Below, one piece after another: positions 39,863 to 49,503 of a DNA stretch of 64,000 bases (its first letter is position 1; each line of letters starts with the position of its first letter). The stretch lies in the NCBI RefSeq assembly GCF_000006765.1, contig NC_002516.2; one strand, written 5' to 3'. The DNA comes from Pseudomonas aeruginosa PAO1. Lineage in GTDB: Bacteria; Pseudomonadota; Gammaproteobacteria; Pseudomonadales; Pseudomonadaceae. A model generated the notes under the pieces. That model made no database searches and had not been told where the DNA came from. It was given only the letters and a program-made list of their open reading frames with translations. Position numbers and translations under genes: made by a program.

Positions 39863-40587
39863 AGCGCCTGTTGCTGCTCGGCGGGATCGGTGAGGCCCTG
39901 GCCCTCGCCCGCCGGCTCGGTCCGGCGCATCTCTACAGCCTCGCCGGGCTGGGCAAGGTGCCCGGCGACCTGGCCTGCCGGGTCCGGGTCGGCGGCTACG
40001 GCGGCGCCGAAGGGCTGGCGGCGTTCATCGACGAGCAGGGCTTCGACCTGCTGGTGGACGCCACCCACCCCTACGCCGCACGGATCAGCCAGAACGCCGT
40101 GCGCGCCGCGCGACTGGCCGGAGTGCCCTGCTGGGCGCTGCGCCGGCCCGGCTGGCAGGCCGGGCCCGGCGACGACTGGCGCGAGGTAGCCGACTGGCGC
40201 GAGCTGATCGCCGCCCTCACACCCTTCCGCCGTCCGCTGTTCACCCTCGGCCGCGAACCGCTGGAGCATCTCGGCCAGGTCCCGCCGCACCAGCACTGGA
40301 CCGTGCGCTGCCTGCAAGGCCAGCCGGCCGCGCCGCGCGCCGAGGTGATCGGCGCGCGCGGGCCGTTCAGCCTGGATGGCGAACGGGCGTTGTTCGAGCG
40401 CCTCGCCTGCGACGTGCTGGTGAGCAAGAACAGCGGTAGCCAGGCCACCGAGCCGAAGCTCCAGGTGGCGCGGGAAATGGGCCTGCCGGTGCTGGTCCTG
40501 GCGCGTCCGGCGCTGCCGCCGGCGGACCGCGAGTTCGCCGACGGCGAGGCGCTGCTGACGGCGATCCGCGATTGGGAAAGCGCCTGA
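39859..40587 (+). CDS. cobK: Precorrin-6A reductase
   Basis: 242 aa from ATG 39859; [34 protein letters not shown]. Confidence 0.93.
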   Translation: MKRLLLLGGIGEALALARRLGPAHLYSLAGLGKVPGDLACRVRVGGYGGAEGLAAFIDEQGFDLLVDATHPYAARISQNAVRAARLAGVPCWALRRPGWQAGPGDDWREVADWRELIAALTPFRRPLFTLGREPLEHLGQVPPHQHWTVRCLQGQPAAPRAEVIGARGPFSLDGERALFERLACDVLVSKNSGSQATEPKLQVAREMGLPVLVLARPALPPADREFADGEALLTAIRDWESA

Positions 40588-40641
40588 AGCGAACGCCCAC
40601 CCACTCGCTGCGACCTGTCCCGCCTCCGTCTCCGGCGCCGC

Positions 40642-41211
40642 TCACGCCGCGCTGAGATGCTCGTAGAGAATGGTCGCGCCGACCAGGATCAGCACCACCC
40701 CGCCGACCATCTCCGCGCGCTTGCCGGTCACCGCGCCGAGCGCCCGGCCGAGCATGGTGCCGAGGGTGACCATGGTCATGGTGGCCAGGCCGATGGCACC
40801 GGCGGCGAGGAAGATGTTGACGTCGACGAAGGCCAGGCCGACGCCCACCGCCAGCGCGTCGATGCTGGTGGCCAGCGCCGTCACCGCGAGAATCCAGAAC
40901 GAATGCTGGCCGGGCTTTTCCTGTTCCGTCGCATGATCCGCGCGCAGGCCGTTGTGGATCATGTGCAGGCCGAGCAGCACCAGCAGGACGAAGGCGATCC
41001 AGTGATCCCAGTCGGCGACGAACTGGCTGGCGGCCTGGCCAAGCAGCCAGCCGACCAGAGGGGTGATGGCCTCGATCACGCCGAAGATTATCCCGGTGCG
41101 CAGCGCCTCCGACAGGCGCGGCCGATCCAGGCTGGAGCCCTTGCCGATGGCCGCGGCGAAGGCATCGGTGGACATGGCGAAGGCGAGGAAGATCAGGGAA
41201 ACGGGATTCAC
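40642..41211 (-). CDS. mntP: Manganese efflux pump MntP (PA2910)
   Basis: 189 aa from GTG 41211; [14 protein letters not shown] and [13 protein letters not shown]204 repeats. Confidence 0.95.
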
Positions 41212-41236
41212 GCGGATACTCCAGCCGGGCATGAGT

Positions 41237-41380
41237 CAACGACATGACCCCGCGGCCCGGCTTCGGCGCAGGAATGTCGTTGGTCTCACCAATCCGGTTG
41301 GATGCGCTGGCCATGGCAGGTTGCCAAGAATGTTGACCAGCGCGCCGTCAACGGGTGACGGCAGGCTACTCCCCAAGGAA
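41237..41380 (-). ncRNA. yybP-ykoY (Mn2+) riboswitch with downstream hairpin
   Basis: Minus strand CCTTGGGGAGTAGCC...TCAACATTCTTGGC...GTGAGACC signature, then a CAACGACAT/ATGTCGTTG 9-bp stem. Confidence 0.9.
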
Positions 41381-41477
41381 GGCCGGCAGCATAGCAGGCC
41401 GGCGTGAAGAAAATGTGATGACCCGGGAAGCTGCGCCAGGGCGTGGGGTCCGGCGAAGAAAGACTGCACAAGCGAAT

Positions 41478-41492
41478 TGTTATAGTATAACA
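41478..41492. promoter_or_regulatory. Zur box
   Basis: Perfect 7-1-7 palindrome TGTTATA-G-TATAACA in AT-rich context upstream of the TonB receptor leader. Confidence 0.8.
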
Positions 41493-41554
41493 TTTTATTC
41501 AATCCAGATCGTTCAAGGCTTGACTGGAAACGGTGCGGATGTTCCCATCCGGCC

Positions 41555-41735
41555 CGTTCCAGGTGCCTCCTGCCGCCGCGCAGGAGGTGAAACGGGAAGC
41601 CGGTGCGTCACTTCGGTGATCAGTCCGGCGCTGCCCCCGCAACGGTAAGCGAGCGAAATCCTCTTCAGGCCACTGTGCTCCGGCATGGGAAGGCGAGGAT
41701 TTCACGACCCTCGCAAGCCCGGAGACCGGCCTGCA
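41555..41735 (+). ncRNA. Cobalamin riboswitch upstream of the TonB-dependent receptor
   Basis: AGGTG...GAAACGGGAAGCCGGTG...CCGGCGCTGCCCCCGCAACGGT...GCCACTG...GGGAAGGC...AAGCCCGGAGACCGGCC. Confidence 0.93.
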
Positions 41736-41847
41736 ACGCCCTGTTGGCACACCCGCGGTGGGCGGGAGCGAGCCGGTTGTTCGAGGCGCTGTCGCGCCTG
41801 CGATTTCCTGCGCGTTCCGTCCTGCCCGGTCATGAGATGGAACGCCC

Positions 41848-44004
41848 ATGCCCCGCTTCAGCCGTTTGCGCACCGAGCCTTTCGCCCTCGGCCTCTCCAC
41901 CAGCCTGCTGCTGGTACCGCCCGCCCTCGCCGAAACCGAGGAAGCCGCCCTCGCCCTGCCCAGCCAGTTGGTCAGCGTTCGCCAGGATCCCGCCGAACTC
42001 GACCACATCGACCTCGCCACTCCGGTCAGTGCCGGTTCGCGCCTGGGCCTCAGCGCCCTGGACACCCCGGCGAGCACCAGCAGCATCAGCGGCGAGGAAG
42101 TTCGCCGACGCAACAACCCCAGCGTCCAGGCCGCCGTCACCCGCAGCCCCGGCATCAGCTTCATCGGCACCCCCGGAGATGGCGGTACCGGCCTCTCGGC
42201 GCGCGGCTTCAGCGGCCACGCATCGGTGATGCAACTGTTCGACGGCACGCGCCTGTACACCGGCATGGGCACGGTGAACTTCCCCAGCGATCCGTGGATG
42301 GTCGAGCGCATCGACGTGATCCGCGGCCCGGCCTCGGTGCTGTACGGCGAAGGCGCCACCGGCGCGGTGATCAACGTGGTGCCGAAGAAGCCTTTCGCCG
42401 GCGAGATCCGCAACCACCTGCGCCTCGGCTACGGCTCCTACGACAACCGCCAGTTGGCCCTGGACAGCGGCGGCTCGCTGACCGACAGCCTCAGCTACCG
42501 GCTCAACCTGAACCAGCAGCAGAGCCACGGCTGGATCGACCGTGGCGACTCGCGCAACCTGGGCATCAGCGCGGCGCTGCGCTGGCAGGCCAGCGACGAT
42601 CTGGCCTTCACCCTCGCCCACGACTATGGCGACCAGGAGCCGATGAACGACTTCGGCACCCCGCTGGTCGGCGGCAAGTACCACAAGCGCCTGCGCGAGA
42701 AGAACTACAACGTGCGCAACGACGTGCAGCGCTACAACGACCAGTGGACCCGCCTGACCAGCGACTGGAGCCTTTCCGACAGCGTCACCGCGAGCAACCA
42801 GTTGTACTACATCAAGGCCCGCCGCCACTGGCGCAACGCCGAAACCTACGAATGGGACGTCCCGCGCGAAGAGCTGTTGCGCAGGGACTACCTGCGCATC
42901 AGCCACGAGCAGGAGCAGATCGGCGACCGCCAGACCTTCGCCTTCCAGCACGCCCTGTTCGGCCTCGACAGCCGCACCCTGGTCGGCGCCGAGTACAACC
43001 GCATCCGCTTCCGCCTGAGCAACAACTCGCCCTATACCGATGTCGGCGGCGACTACATCGACCCCTGGCATCCCGCGCCCGGCTACTTCGAAAGCCGCTC
43101 GCCCTACCGGCCGCACTCGCGCAGCCAGACCCGCACCTTCGCCCTGTTCGCCGAGAACCGCCTGCAGCTCAACGAGCGCCTGTCGCTGGTGACCGGGGTG
43201 CGCCGCGACCAGAACCATATCGACCGCGACGACCTGCGCGCCGGCACCCGCAGCGACCGCAGCCTGCAGGGCGGCAACTGGCGCGCCGGGCTGGTCTTCG
43301 CGCTGACCCCGGAACTGTCGCTGTACGGCCAGTACTCCACCAGCGAGGACGGCGTGAGCAACCTGATCACCCTCAACGCGGCCCAGCAGCAGATGGACCT
43401 GACCCACTCGAAGCAGACCGAGGTCGGCCTCAAGCAGCTGTTCCCGGACGGTCGCGGCGAATGGACCCTGGCCGCCTACCATATCGTCAAGAAGAAGCTG
43501 CTCAGCGCCAACCCGCTGCCGCCGCACGACGCGCAGCAGGTCGGCCAGCAGAGTTCGGACGGCCTGGAGGCCAGCCTGGAACTGAACCTGGCCCAGGACT
43601 GGCGGCTGTCGGCGAACGCCGCGCTGGTGCGTGCCGAATACGACGACTTCGACGAAACGATCGACGGGCAGACCTACTCGCGCAACGGCAACCGCCCCAG
43701 GAACGTGCCACGGCGCACCGCCAACCTCTGGCTGGACAAGTCCTTCGCCGAGACCCTGCGCGTCGGCGCCGGGCTGCGCTACGTCGACCGGCGCTACGCC
43801 GACGCCGCCAACCAGGCCAGCCTGCCCGGCTACACGGTGGTCGACGCCAACCTGGGCTGGCGGGTACGGCCGGACCTGACCCTCGGCCTTGAGCTGTACA
43901 ACCTGTTCGACCGCCAGTACGCCCTGGCTGACAACAACAACGGCCAGCAATGGATCGTGGGCCAGCCACGCTCGTTCAACGTCACCGCCGACTTCAGTTT
44001 CTGA
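41848..44004 (+). CDS. TonB-dependent outer membrane receptor (PA2911-like)
   Basis: 718 aa; signal peptide; VERIDVIRGPASVLYG plug motif; LYNLFDRQY...PRSFNVTADFSF terminus. Confidence 0.95.
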   Translation: MPRFSRLRTEPFALGLSTSLLLVPPALAETEEAALALPSQLVSVRQDPAELDHIDLATPVSAGSRLGLSALDTPASTSSISGEEVRRRNNPSVQAAVTRSPGISFIGTPGDGGTGLSARGFSGHASVMQLFDGTRLYTGMGTVNFPSDPWMVERIDVIRGPASVLYGEGATGAVINVVPKKPFAGEIRNHLRLGYGSYDNRQLALDSGGSLTDSLSYRLNLNQQQSHGWIDRGDSRNLGISAALRWQASDDLAFTLAHDYGDQEPMNDFGTPLVGGKYHKRLREKNYNVRNDVQRYNDQWTRLTSDWSLSDSVTASNQLYYIKARRHWRNAETYEWDVPREELLRRDYLRISHEQEQIGDRQTFAFQHALFGLDSRTLVGAEYNRIRFRLSNNSPYTDVGGDYIDPWHPAPGYFESRSPYRPHSRSQTRTFALFAENRLQLNERLSLVTGVRRDQNHIDRDDLRAGTRSDRSLQGGNWRAGLVFALTPELSLYGQYSTSEDGVSNLITLNAAQQQMDLTHSKQTEVGLKQLFPDGRGEWTLAAYHIVKKKLLSANPLPPHDAQQVGQQSSDGLEASLELNLAQDWRLSANAALVRAEYDDFDETIDGQTYSRNGNRPRNVPRRTANLWLDKSFAETLRVGAGLRYVDRRYADAANQASLPGYTVVDANLGWRVRPDLTLGLELYNLFDRQYALADNNNGQQWIVGQPRSFNVTADFSF

Positions 44005-44056
44005 AGCCGGCGCCGCGGCAATCGTCTCTGCTGAACCACCGGACCTGCGAGTAGCC

Positions 44057-44830
44057 ATGTCGTCCCTTCACCTCGATGCCCTGCACTGGTCGCCCGACGC
44101 CTCCACCGAGTTGCTGCGCGGCGTGCATCTGGAAGTCCCGGCCGGCAGTTTCGTCGGCCTGATCGGCCCCAACGGCAGCGGCAAGACCAGCCTGCTGCGC
44201 TGCGCCTTCCGCTATGCGCGACCGCAGCGCGGCCGGGTGGTGCTCGACGGCGACGACCTCTGGCGCCAGCCGCCGCGCTGGGCCGCCCGGCGTATCGCGG
44301 TGGTGTTGCAGGAATTCCCCGAGGACTTCGGCCTCGCCGTCGAGGACGTGGTCGCCATGGGCCGCACGCCGCACAAGGGCCTGTTCGACGGCCACGGCGC
44401 GGACGACCGCCAGCGGGTCCGCCAGGCGCTGCTCCAGGTCGGTCTCGAAGGGCGTGCCGCGAGCCCCTTCGCCAGCCTCTCCGGTGGCGAGAAGCAGCGC
44501 GCCCTGCTGGCTCGCGCGCTGGTCCAGGAACCGCGCCTGCTGATCCTCGACGAACCGACCAACCACCTCGACCCGCGCTACCAGCTGGAGCTTCTGCGCC
44601 TGCTGCGCAGCCTCGGCCTGAGCACCCTGGCGAGCTTCCATGACCTCAATCTGGCGGCGGCCTTCTGCGACCGCCTCTACGTGCTCGACGGCGGCCGCAT
44701 CGTCGCCCAGGGCACGCCGACCGAGGTGCTCGACGCCGACCTGCTGTGGCGGGTATTCGGCGTCCGCGCCCTGGTCGACCGCCACCCCCTCGCCGACCAC
44801 CCGCGCCTGACCTGGATTACCCAAGCATGA
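44057..44830 (+). CDS. ABC ATP-binding subunit, FecE/BtuD family (PA2912-like)
   Basis: GPNGSGKT, LSGGEKQR, LDEPTNHLD, HDLNLA. Confidence 0.95.
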   Translation: MSSLHLDALHWSPDASTELLRGVHLEVPAGSFVGLIGPNGSGKTSLLRCAFRYARPQRGRVVLDGDDLWRQPPRWAARRIAVVLQEFPEDFGLAVEDVVAMGRTPHKGLFDGHGADDRQRVRQALLQVGLEGRAASPFASLSGGEKQRALLARALVQEPRLLILDEPTNHLDPRYQLELLRLLRSLGLSTLASFHDLNLAAAFCDRLYVLDGGRIVAQGTPTEVLDADLLWRVFGVRALVDRHPLADHPRLTWITQA

Positions 44831-45798
44831 AGCACCCGATCCTGCACCACCTGCTGCTCGGCGCCCTGCTCGCCTGCGCCGATGCCGCGCTGGCCGAGCG
44901 CTACCCGCTCAGCGTGCGCAGCTGCGAGCGCGAAGTGACGTTCGAGCGCGCGCCGTCGCGCGCAGTCAGCCACGACATCAACCTCACCGAGATGATGGTC
45001 GCCCTCGGTCTGCAAACGCGCATGGTCGGCTATACCGGCATCAGCGGCTGGTGGAAGAATGCCGATCCCGGATTGATCGCCGCGCTCAAGCCGCTGCCCG
45101 AGCTGGTGGCGCGCTACCCCACGGCGGAAACCCTGCTCGATGTCGACGCCGACTTCTTCTTCGCCGGTTGGGGCTACGGCATGCGCGTCGGCGGCGACCT
45201 CACTCCGGCCAGCCTGGAGCCGCTGGGGGTGAAGGTCTACGAGCTGAGCGAATCCTGCGCGCAGATCGGCGAGCCGCGCCGCGCCAGCCTCGACGAGCTG
45301 TACCGCGACCTGCGCAACCTGGGGCGGATCTTCGACGTCGAACCGCGCGCCGAGCGCCTGGTCGCCAGCCTCCAGGCACGCATCGAGCGCGCCCGCGCCG
45401 GCATCCCGGCGAACGCCGAGGCGCCGCGGGTGTTCCTCTACGACAGCGGCGAGGACCGCCCCTTCACCTCTGGCCGCCTGGGCATGCCGCAGGCGCTGAT
45501 CGAGGCCGCCGGCGGCCGCAGCGTGACCGACGACGTGGCGGCCAGTTGGACCCAGGTCAACTGGGAAAGCGTGGTCGCCCGCGATCCGCAGGTCATCGTC
45601 ATCGTCGACTACGGCGAGACCAGCGCCGCGCAGAAGCAGCGCTTCCTCGAAGAGAACCCGGCGCTGCGCAGCCTGACCGCGATCCGCGAGCGACGCTTCA
45701 TCGTCCTGCCCTATAACCAGGCCACGCCGGGCATCGGCAACGCCGCGGCGATAGAAACCCTGGTCGCCGGCCTCCACCCTCGGGCGCCACGTCCATGA
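44827..45798 (+). CDS. Periplasmic metal-chelate binding protein, type III (PA2913-like)
   Basis: 323 aa from ATG 44827; signal peptide; FERAPSRAVS, AEMM-like, VNWESVVARDPQVIVI. Confidence 0.9.
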   Translation: MKHPILHHLLLGALLACADAALAERYPLSVRSCEREVTFERAPSRAVSHDINLTEMMVALGLQTRMVGYTGISGWWKNADPGLIAALKPLPELVARYPTAETLLDVDADFFFAGWGYGMRVGGDLTPASLEPLGVKVYELSESCAQIGEPRRASLDELYRDLRNLGRIFDVEPRAERLVASLQARIERARAGIPANAEAPRVFLYDSGEDRPFTSGRLGMPQALIEAAGGRSVTDDVAASWTQVNWESVVARDPQVIVIVDYGETSAAQKQRFLEENPALRSLTAIRERRFIVLPYNQATPGIGNAAAIETLVAGLHPRAPRP

Positions 45799-46826
45799 CC
45801 CTGTTCCGCAGCCCTCGCGCCTATTGCCTGTTGCTGGGCAGCCTGGTCATGTTGCTCGGCCTGTCCTGCGTGGTCGCCCTCGGCTTCGGTCCGGCGCGAC
45901 TGGACAGCGGCCTGGTCGGCCGCATCGTCCTCCAGCGCCTGTTCGGCGTGGCGGCGGAGCCCGGTGCCTGGAGCGCCGGCCAGGAGCACATCGTCTGGCT
46001 GATCCGCGCCCCACGGGTACTGCTCGGCGCCTGCGTCGGCGCCGGCCTGGCGCTGGTGGGAGCGGCGCTGCAGGCGGTCACGCGCAATCCGCTGGCCGAT
46101 CCGCACCTGCTCGGCGCCACCTCCGGCGCGACCCTCGGCGCGGTGTTGGTGGTGCTCTACATCGGCGAGGTGATCGGCCTGCTGACCCTGCCGCTGGCGG
46201 CCTTCCTCGGCGCCCTCGGCAGCATGCTGCTGGTGCTCGGCGTGGCCAGTCGCGGCGGCCGCCTGGGCAGCGACCGGCTGTTGCTGGCGGGGGTCGCGGT
46301 GTCGTTCGTGCTCCTGGCGCTGGCCAACCTGCTGCTGTTCCTCGGCGACCACCGCGCCGCCTCCTCTGTGCTGTTCTGGATGCTCGGCGGCCTCGGCCTG
46401 GCGCGCTGGTCGTTGATCTGGCTGCCGGCGCTGTGCGTGGCCGGCGGCCTGCTGGTACTGCTCGGGCTGGGCCGTGCGCTGAACGCGCTGATGGCCGGCG
46501 AACAGACCGCCGTGACCCTCGGCCTGGACGCCCGTCGCGTACGCCTGTGGGTCTTCATCTGCTGCTCGCTGCTGACCGGCGTGCTGGTCTCGGTGAGCGG
46601 CGCCATCGGCTTCGTCGGTCTCATGCTGCCGCACGCCGCGCGCCTGCTGGTGGGTGCCGAGCACCGCCGACTGCTGCCGGTGTGCGCCCTGCTCGGCGCG
46701 CTGTTCCTGGTCTGGATGGATGTCGCCGCGCGTACCCTGATCGCCCCCCAGGACCTGCCCATCGGCATCGCCACCGCGGCCATCGGCGGGCTGTTCTTCA
46801 TTCTCCTGCTGCGTCGCCGCAGCTGA
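45795..46826 (+). CDS. FecCD/BtuC-family ABC permease (PA2914-like)
   Basis: 343 aa; IRAPRVLL, NPLADPHLLG, GAIGFVGLMLPH, LPIGI. Confidence 0.95.
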   Translation: MTLFRSPRAYCLLLGSLVMLLGLSCVVALGFGPARLDSGLVGRIVLQRLFGVAAEPGAWSAGQEHIVWLIRAPRVLLGACVGAGLALVGAALQAVTRNPLADPHLLGATSGATLGAVLVVLYIGEVIGLLTLPLAAFLGALGSMLLVLGVASRGGRLGSDRLLLAGVAVSFVLLALANLLLFLGDHRAASSVLFWMLGGLGLARWSLIWLPALCVAGGLLVLLGLGRALNALMAGEQTAVTLGLDARRVRLWVFICCSLLTGVLVSVSGAIGFVGLMLPHAARLLVGAEHRRLLPVCALLGALFLVWMDVAARTLIAPQDLPIGIATAAIGGLFFILLLRRRS

Positions 46827-47693
46827 TCAGAACAGATCCAGCGGGATCTTCAGGTAACGCACCCCGTTGCCTTCCACCGGCGGCAGGTTGCCGCCGCGCA
46901 TGTTGACCTGGATCGCCGGCAGCATCAGGGTCGGCATGCCGAGGGTGGCATCGCGCTGCTGGCGCATGGCGACGAACGCCTCCTCGTCGACGCCTTCGCG
47001 GACGTGCACGTTGTGCCGGCGCTGCTCGCCGACGCTGGTTTCGCAGCGGTGCTCGTCGCGGCCGGGAGCCGTGTAGTCGTGGCACATGAACAGGCGGGTC
47101 GCGTCGGGTAGCGCGAACAGGCGCTGGATCGAGCGATACAGCTGGCGCGCGTCGCCGCCGGGGAAATCGCAGCGGGCGGTGCCGTAGTCGGGCATGAACA
47201 GGGTATCGCCGACGAAGGCGCTGTCGCCGACCAGGTAGGTCATGCACGCCGGGGTATGCCCCGGGGTATGCAGCGCGCGGCATTCCAGGGCGCCGATGCG
47301 GAACGACTCGCCGTCCTCGAACAGGTGCTCGAACTGGCGGCCGTCCACCGGGAACGCCTCGCCGAGGTTGAACAGGCCGGAGAATTTCGCCTGCACCTGG
47401 GTGATTCGCGCGCCGATGGCCAGGCACCCGCCCAGTTCGCGCTGCAGGAAGATGGCCGCCGACAGGTGGTCGGCGTGCACGTGGGTCTCCAGCAGCCATT
47501 CCACCTGCAGGTCGTGCTGGCGAACGTGGGCGATCAGGCGTTCGGCGCTGGCATGACTGGTGCGCCCGGCGGCCGGGTCGTAGTCGAGCACCGGGTCGAC
47601 GATGGCGCAGGCGCGGCTGGACGGGTCGCGCACCACGTAGCTGTAGGTGGAGGTGGCCGGGTCGAAGAAGGCAGTGATGTCGGGTTTCAACAT
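46827..47693 (-). CDS. MBL-fold persulfide (sulfur) dioxygenase, ETHE1/Blh-like (PA2915-like)
   Basis: 288 aa; ETHVHADHLS, TPGHTPAC, GDTLFMPDYGTARCDFPGG, MCHDY. Confidence 0.9.
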   Translation of the reverse strand: MLKPDITAFFDPATSTYSYVVRDPSSRACAIVDPVLDYDPAAGRTSHASAERLIAHVRQHDLQVEWLLETHVHADHLSAAIFLQRELGGCLAIGARITQVQAKFSGLFNLGEAFPVDGRQFEHLFEDGESFRIGALECRALHTPGHTPACMTYLVGDSAFVGDTLFMPDYGTARCDFPGGDARQLYRSIQRLFALPDATRLFMCHDYTAPGRDEHRCETSVGEQRRHNVHVREGVDEEAFVAMRQQRDATLGMPTLMLPAIQVNMRGGNLPPVEGNGVRYLKIPLDLF

Positions 47694-47812
47694 GGAGGTT
47701 CCTTGCGCGGCGTGCTGACGGCGACCGCGCCATGGCTACGGATCGTCCCACCATAGCCAACCCGGGCCCGGCGTACCAACCCACAGGTTTGTCAGGAAGC
47801 TACCGGACCGCC

Positions 47813-48406
47813 TCAGAGCAGCAGGGCGGCCCAGGCCGATGCCAGCAACAACAGCGCCATGCCCTGGTTGAAGCGTTTCATCAGCGACGGCGAGCGCAGC
47901 AGCCGCGCGCTGCCGACGCCGAGCAAGGCCCAACTGGCCAGGCACGGCAGCGAAACCAGGAAGAACAGCAATGCCAGCAGGCCGATCCGCCCGGCCTGTC
48001 CGGCGCCTTCCCCGGCGAACAGTGCCAGCGCGGCGAGGGCCATCATCCAGGCCTTGGGATTGACCAGTTGCAACGCCGCGCCGCCGAGCACGCCGAGGCG
48101 CCGCGGCGGCTCCGCGCCGTCGATGCCGCCCGCGCTGCGGAACAGGCTCCAGGCCAGGTAGCTGAGCCAGCCGACGCCGAGCCAGGCGAGCCCCTGCTGG
48201 AGCAGCGGATGGCGTCGCAGCAACTCGCCCAGGCCGAGCCCGAGCAGCAGGATCAGCGCCGCCACCGCCGCGCAGGCGCCGAGCACGATCGGCCAGGCGG
48301 CGGCCAGGCCGTGGCGCTGGCTGTTGCTCAGGACCAGGATGTTGGTCGGTCCGGGGGTGATCGAGGCGACGACGGCGAACAGCAGGAAGGGCACGAGGGA
48401 TTGCAT
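47813..48406 (-). CDS. LysE/RhtB-family exporter (PA2916-like)
   Basis: 197 aa; SITPGPTN, LQLVNPKAW. Confidence 0.92.
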   Translation of the reverse strand: MQSLVPFLLFAVVASITPGPTNILVLSNSQRHGLAAAWPIVLGACAAVAALILLLGLGLGELLRRHPLLQQGLAWLGVGWLSYLAWSLFRSAGGIDGAEPPRRLGVLGGAALQLVNPKAWMMALAALALFAGEGAGQAGRIGLLALLFFLVSLPCLASWALLGVGSARLLRSPSLMKRFNQGMALLLLASAWAALLL

Positions 48407-48456
48407 GGACGGGCTCCTGTGGCGGGGGAGCCTTCATCCTGGCGACGCGCCGGGCC

Positions 48457-49293
48457 TCAGTCTGGAAGCTGGGTGCACTGCCGGCGGTAGGCCGCCGGGG
48501 TCATCCCGTAGGCGCGCCGGAACCAGCGGCCGAGATGGCTCTGGTCGGCGAAACCGAGAGCGCTGGCGAGGTCCGCCGGTTGCCCGCCGACAGCGAGCAT
48601 CTGCCGCGCCTTGGCCAGGCGCAACTGGACCAGGTAGGCGTAGGGTGGCAAGCCGTAGGCGGCCTTGAATGCACGGTTCAGGCGGAAGCGGTCGGTGCCG
48701 CAGGCGCTGGCCAGCTCGTCCAGGCCGATGTCCTGGTAGAAGTGCGCATGCAGGTAGTCGCGGGCTTTCTGCGCCACCAGCGGCAGGCGCGGATCGAATG
48801 GCTTCGCCTCGCGCCAGCCGAGGTGCACGCGCAGCCGCTCCAGCACCAGCTCCAGGGCGGTCTGCCGCAGCAGTCGCAGCTCGCGGCCATGCAGGACGCG
48901 GAAGGCCTGGGCGATGGCCAGGGTCAGGCGCGGGTCTTCGGTGAGGTTGGCGTGGAAGCCGGGGTCGCGGTCGCTGGGCGCATCGTCGAAGGTCGCCCGC
49001 AGTTCGCGCCGCAGCCAGTCCGGCTGCAGGTACAGCATCGAGTAGGTGAAGCCGCCGGCGATCGGCGCGCGACCGTCGTGGATCTCCCCCGGTTCGACCA
49101 GGAATACCTGGCCGGCGGTGCTGTCGTGTCGGCGTCGGCGGCAGTTGAATTGCTGCACGCCGATCTCGGTGTAGCCGATCAGGTAGCTGTCGTGCCAGTG
49201 CGGATCGTAGGCGTGGCCCTCGAAATGGGCGCGCAGGGTCTCGATCCCGGTCTCGGCGTCGCGGGCCAGGTCGATCCAGTCTCGGCTCCCCAT
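48457..49293 (-). CDS. AraC-family regulator with cupin domain (PA2917-like)
   Basis: 278 aa; YDPHWHDSY, C-terminal LGFADQSHLGRWFRRAYGMTP. Confidence 0.93.
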   Translation of the reverse strand: MGSRDWIDLARDAETGIETLRAHFEGHAYDPHWHDSYLIGYTEIGVQQFNCRRRRHDSTAGQVFLVEPGEIHDGRAPIAGGFTYSMLYLQPDWLRRELRATFDDAPSDRDPGFHANLTEDPRLTLAIAQAFRVLHGRELRLLRQTALELVLERLRVHLGWREAKPFDPRLPLVAQKARDYLHAHFYQDIGLDELASACGTDRFRLNRAFKAAYGLPPYAYLVQLRLAKARQMLAVGGQPADLASALGFADQSHLGRWFRRAYGMTPAAYRRQCTQLPD

Positions 49294-49503
49294 CGTGCGT
49301 CAGGTCTTCCCACTCGTTGGTTTCGTCGCCGCGACTATAACGCGCCCGTCCCGGGGTTCTAGAAGATTCGTGCAGGCGGCTGCGCTCCTCCGGAGGCGGG
49401 AATTGATCGGCGTTTCTGGACAATCTATCCAGGCCGCCGCGATTACTCCGCAAGGCCGCCCTCCCTAGACTGGGTTCTCCACTCACCGCAGGAGAAACAC
49501 CCC

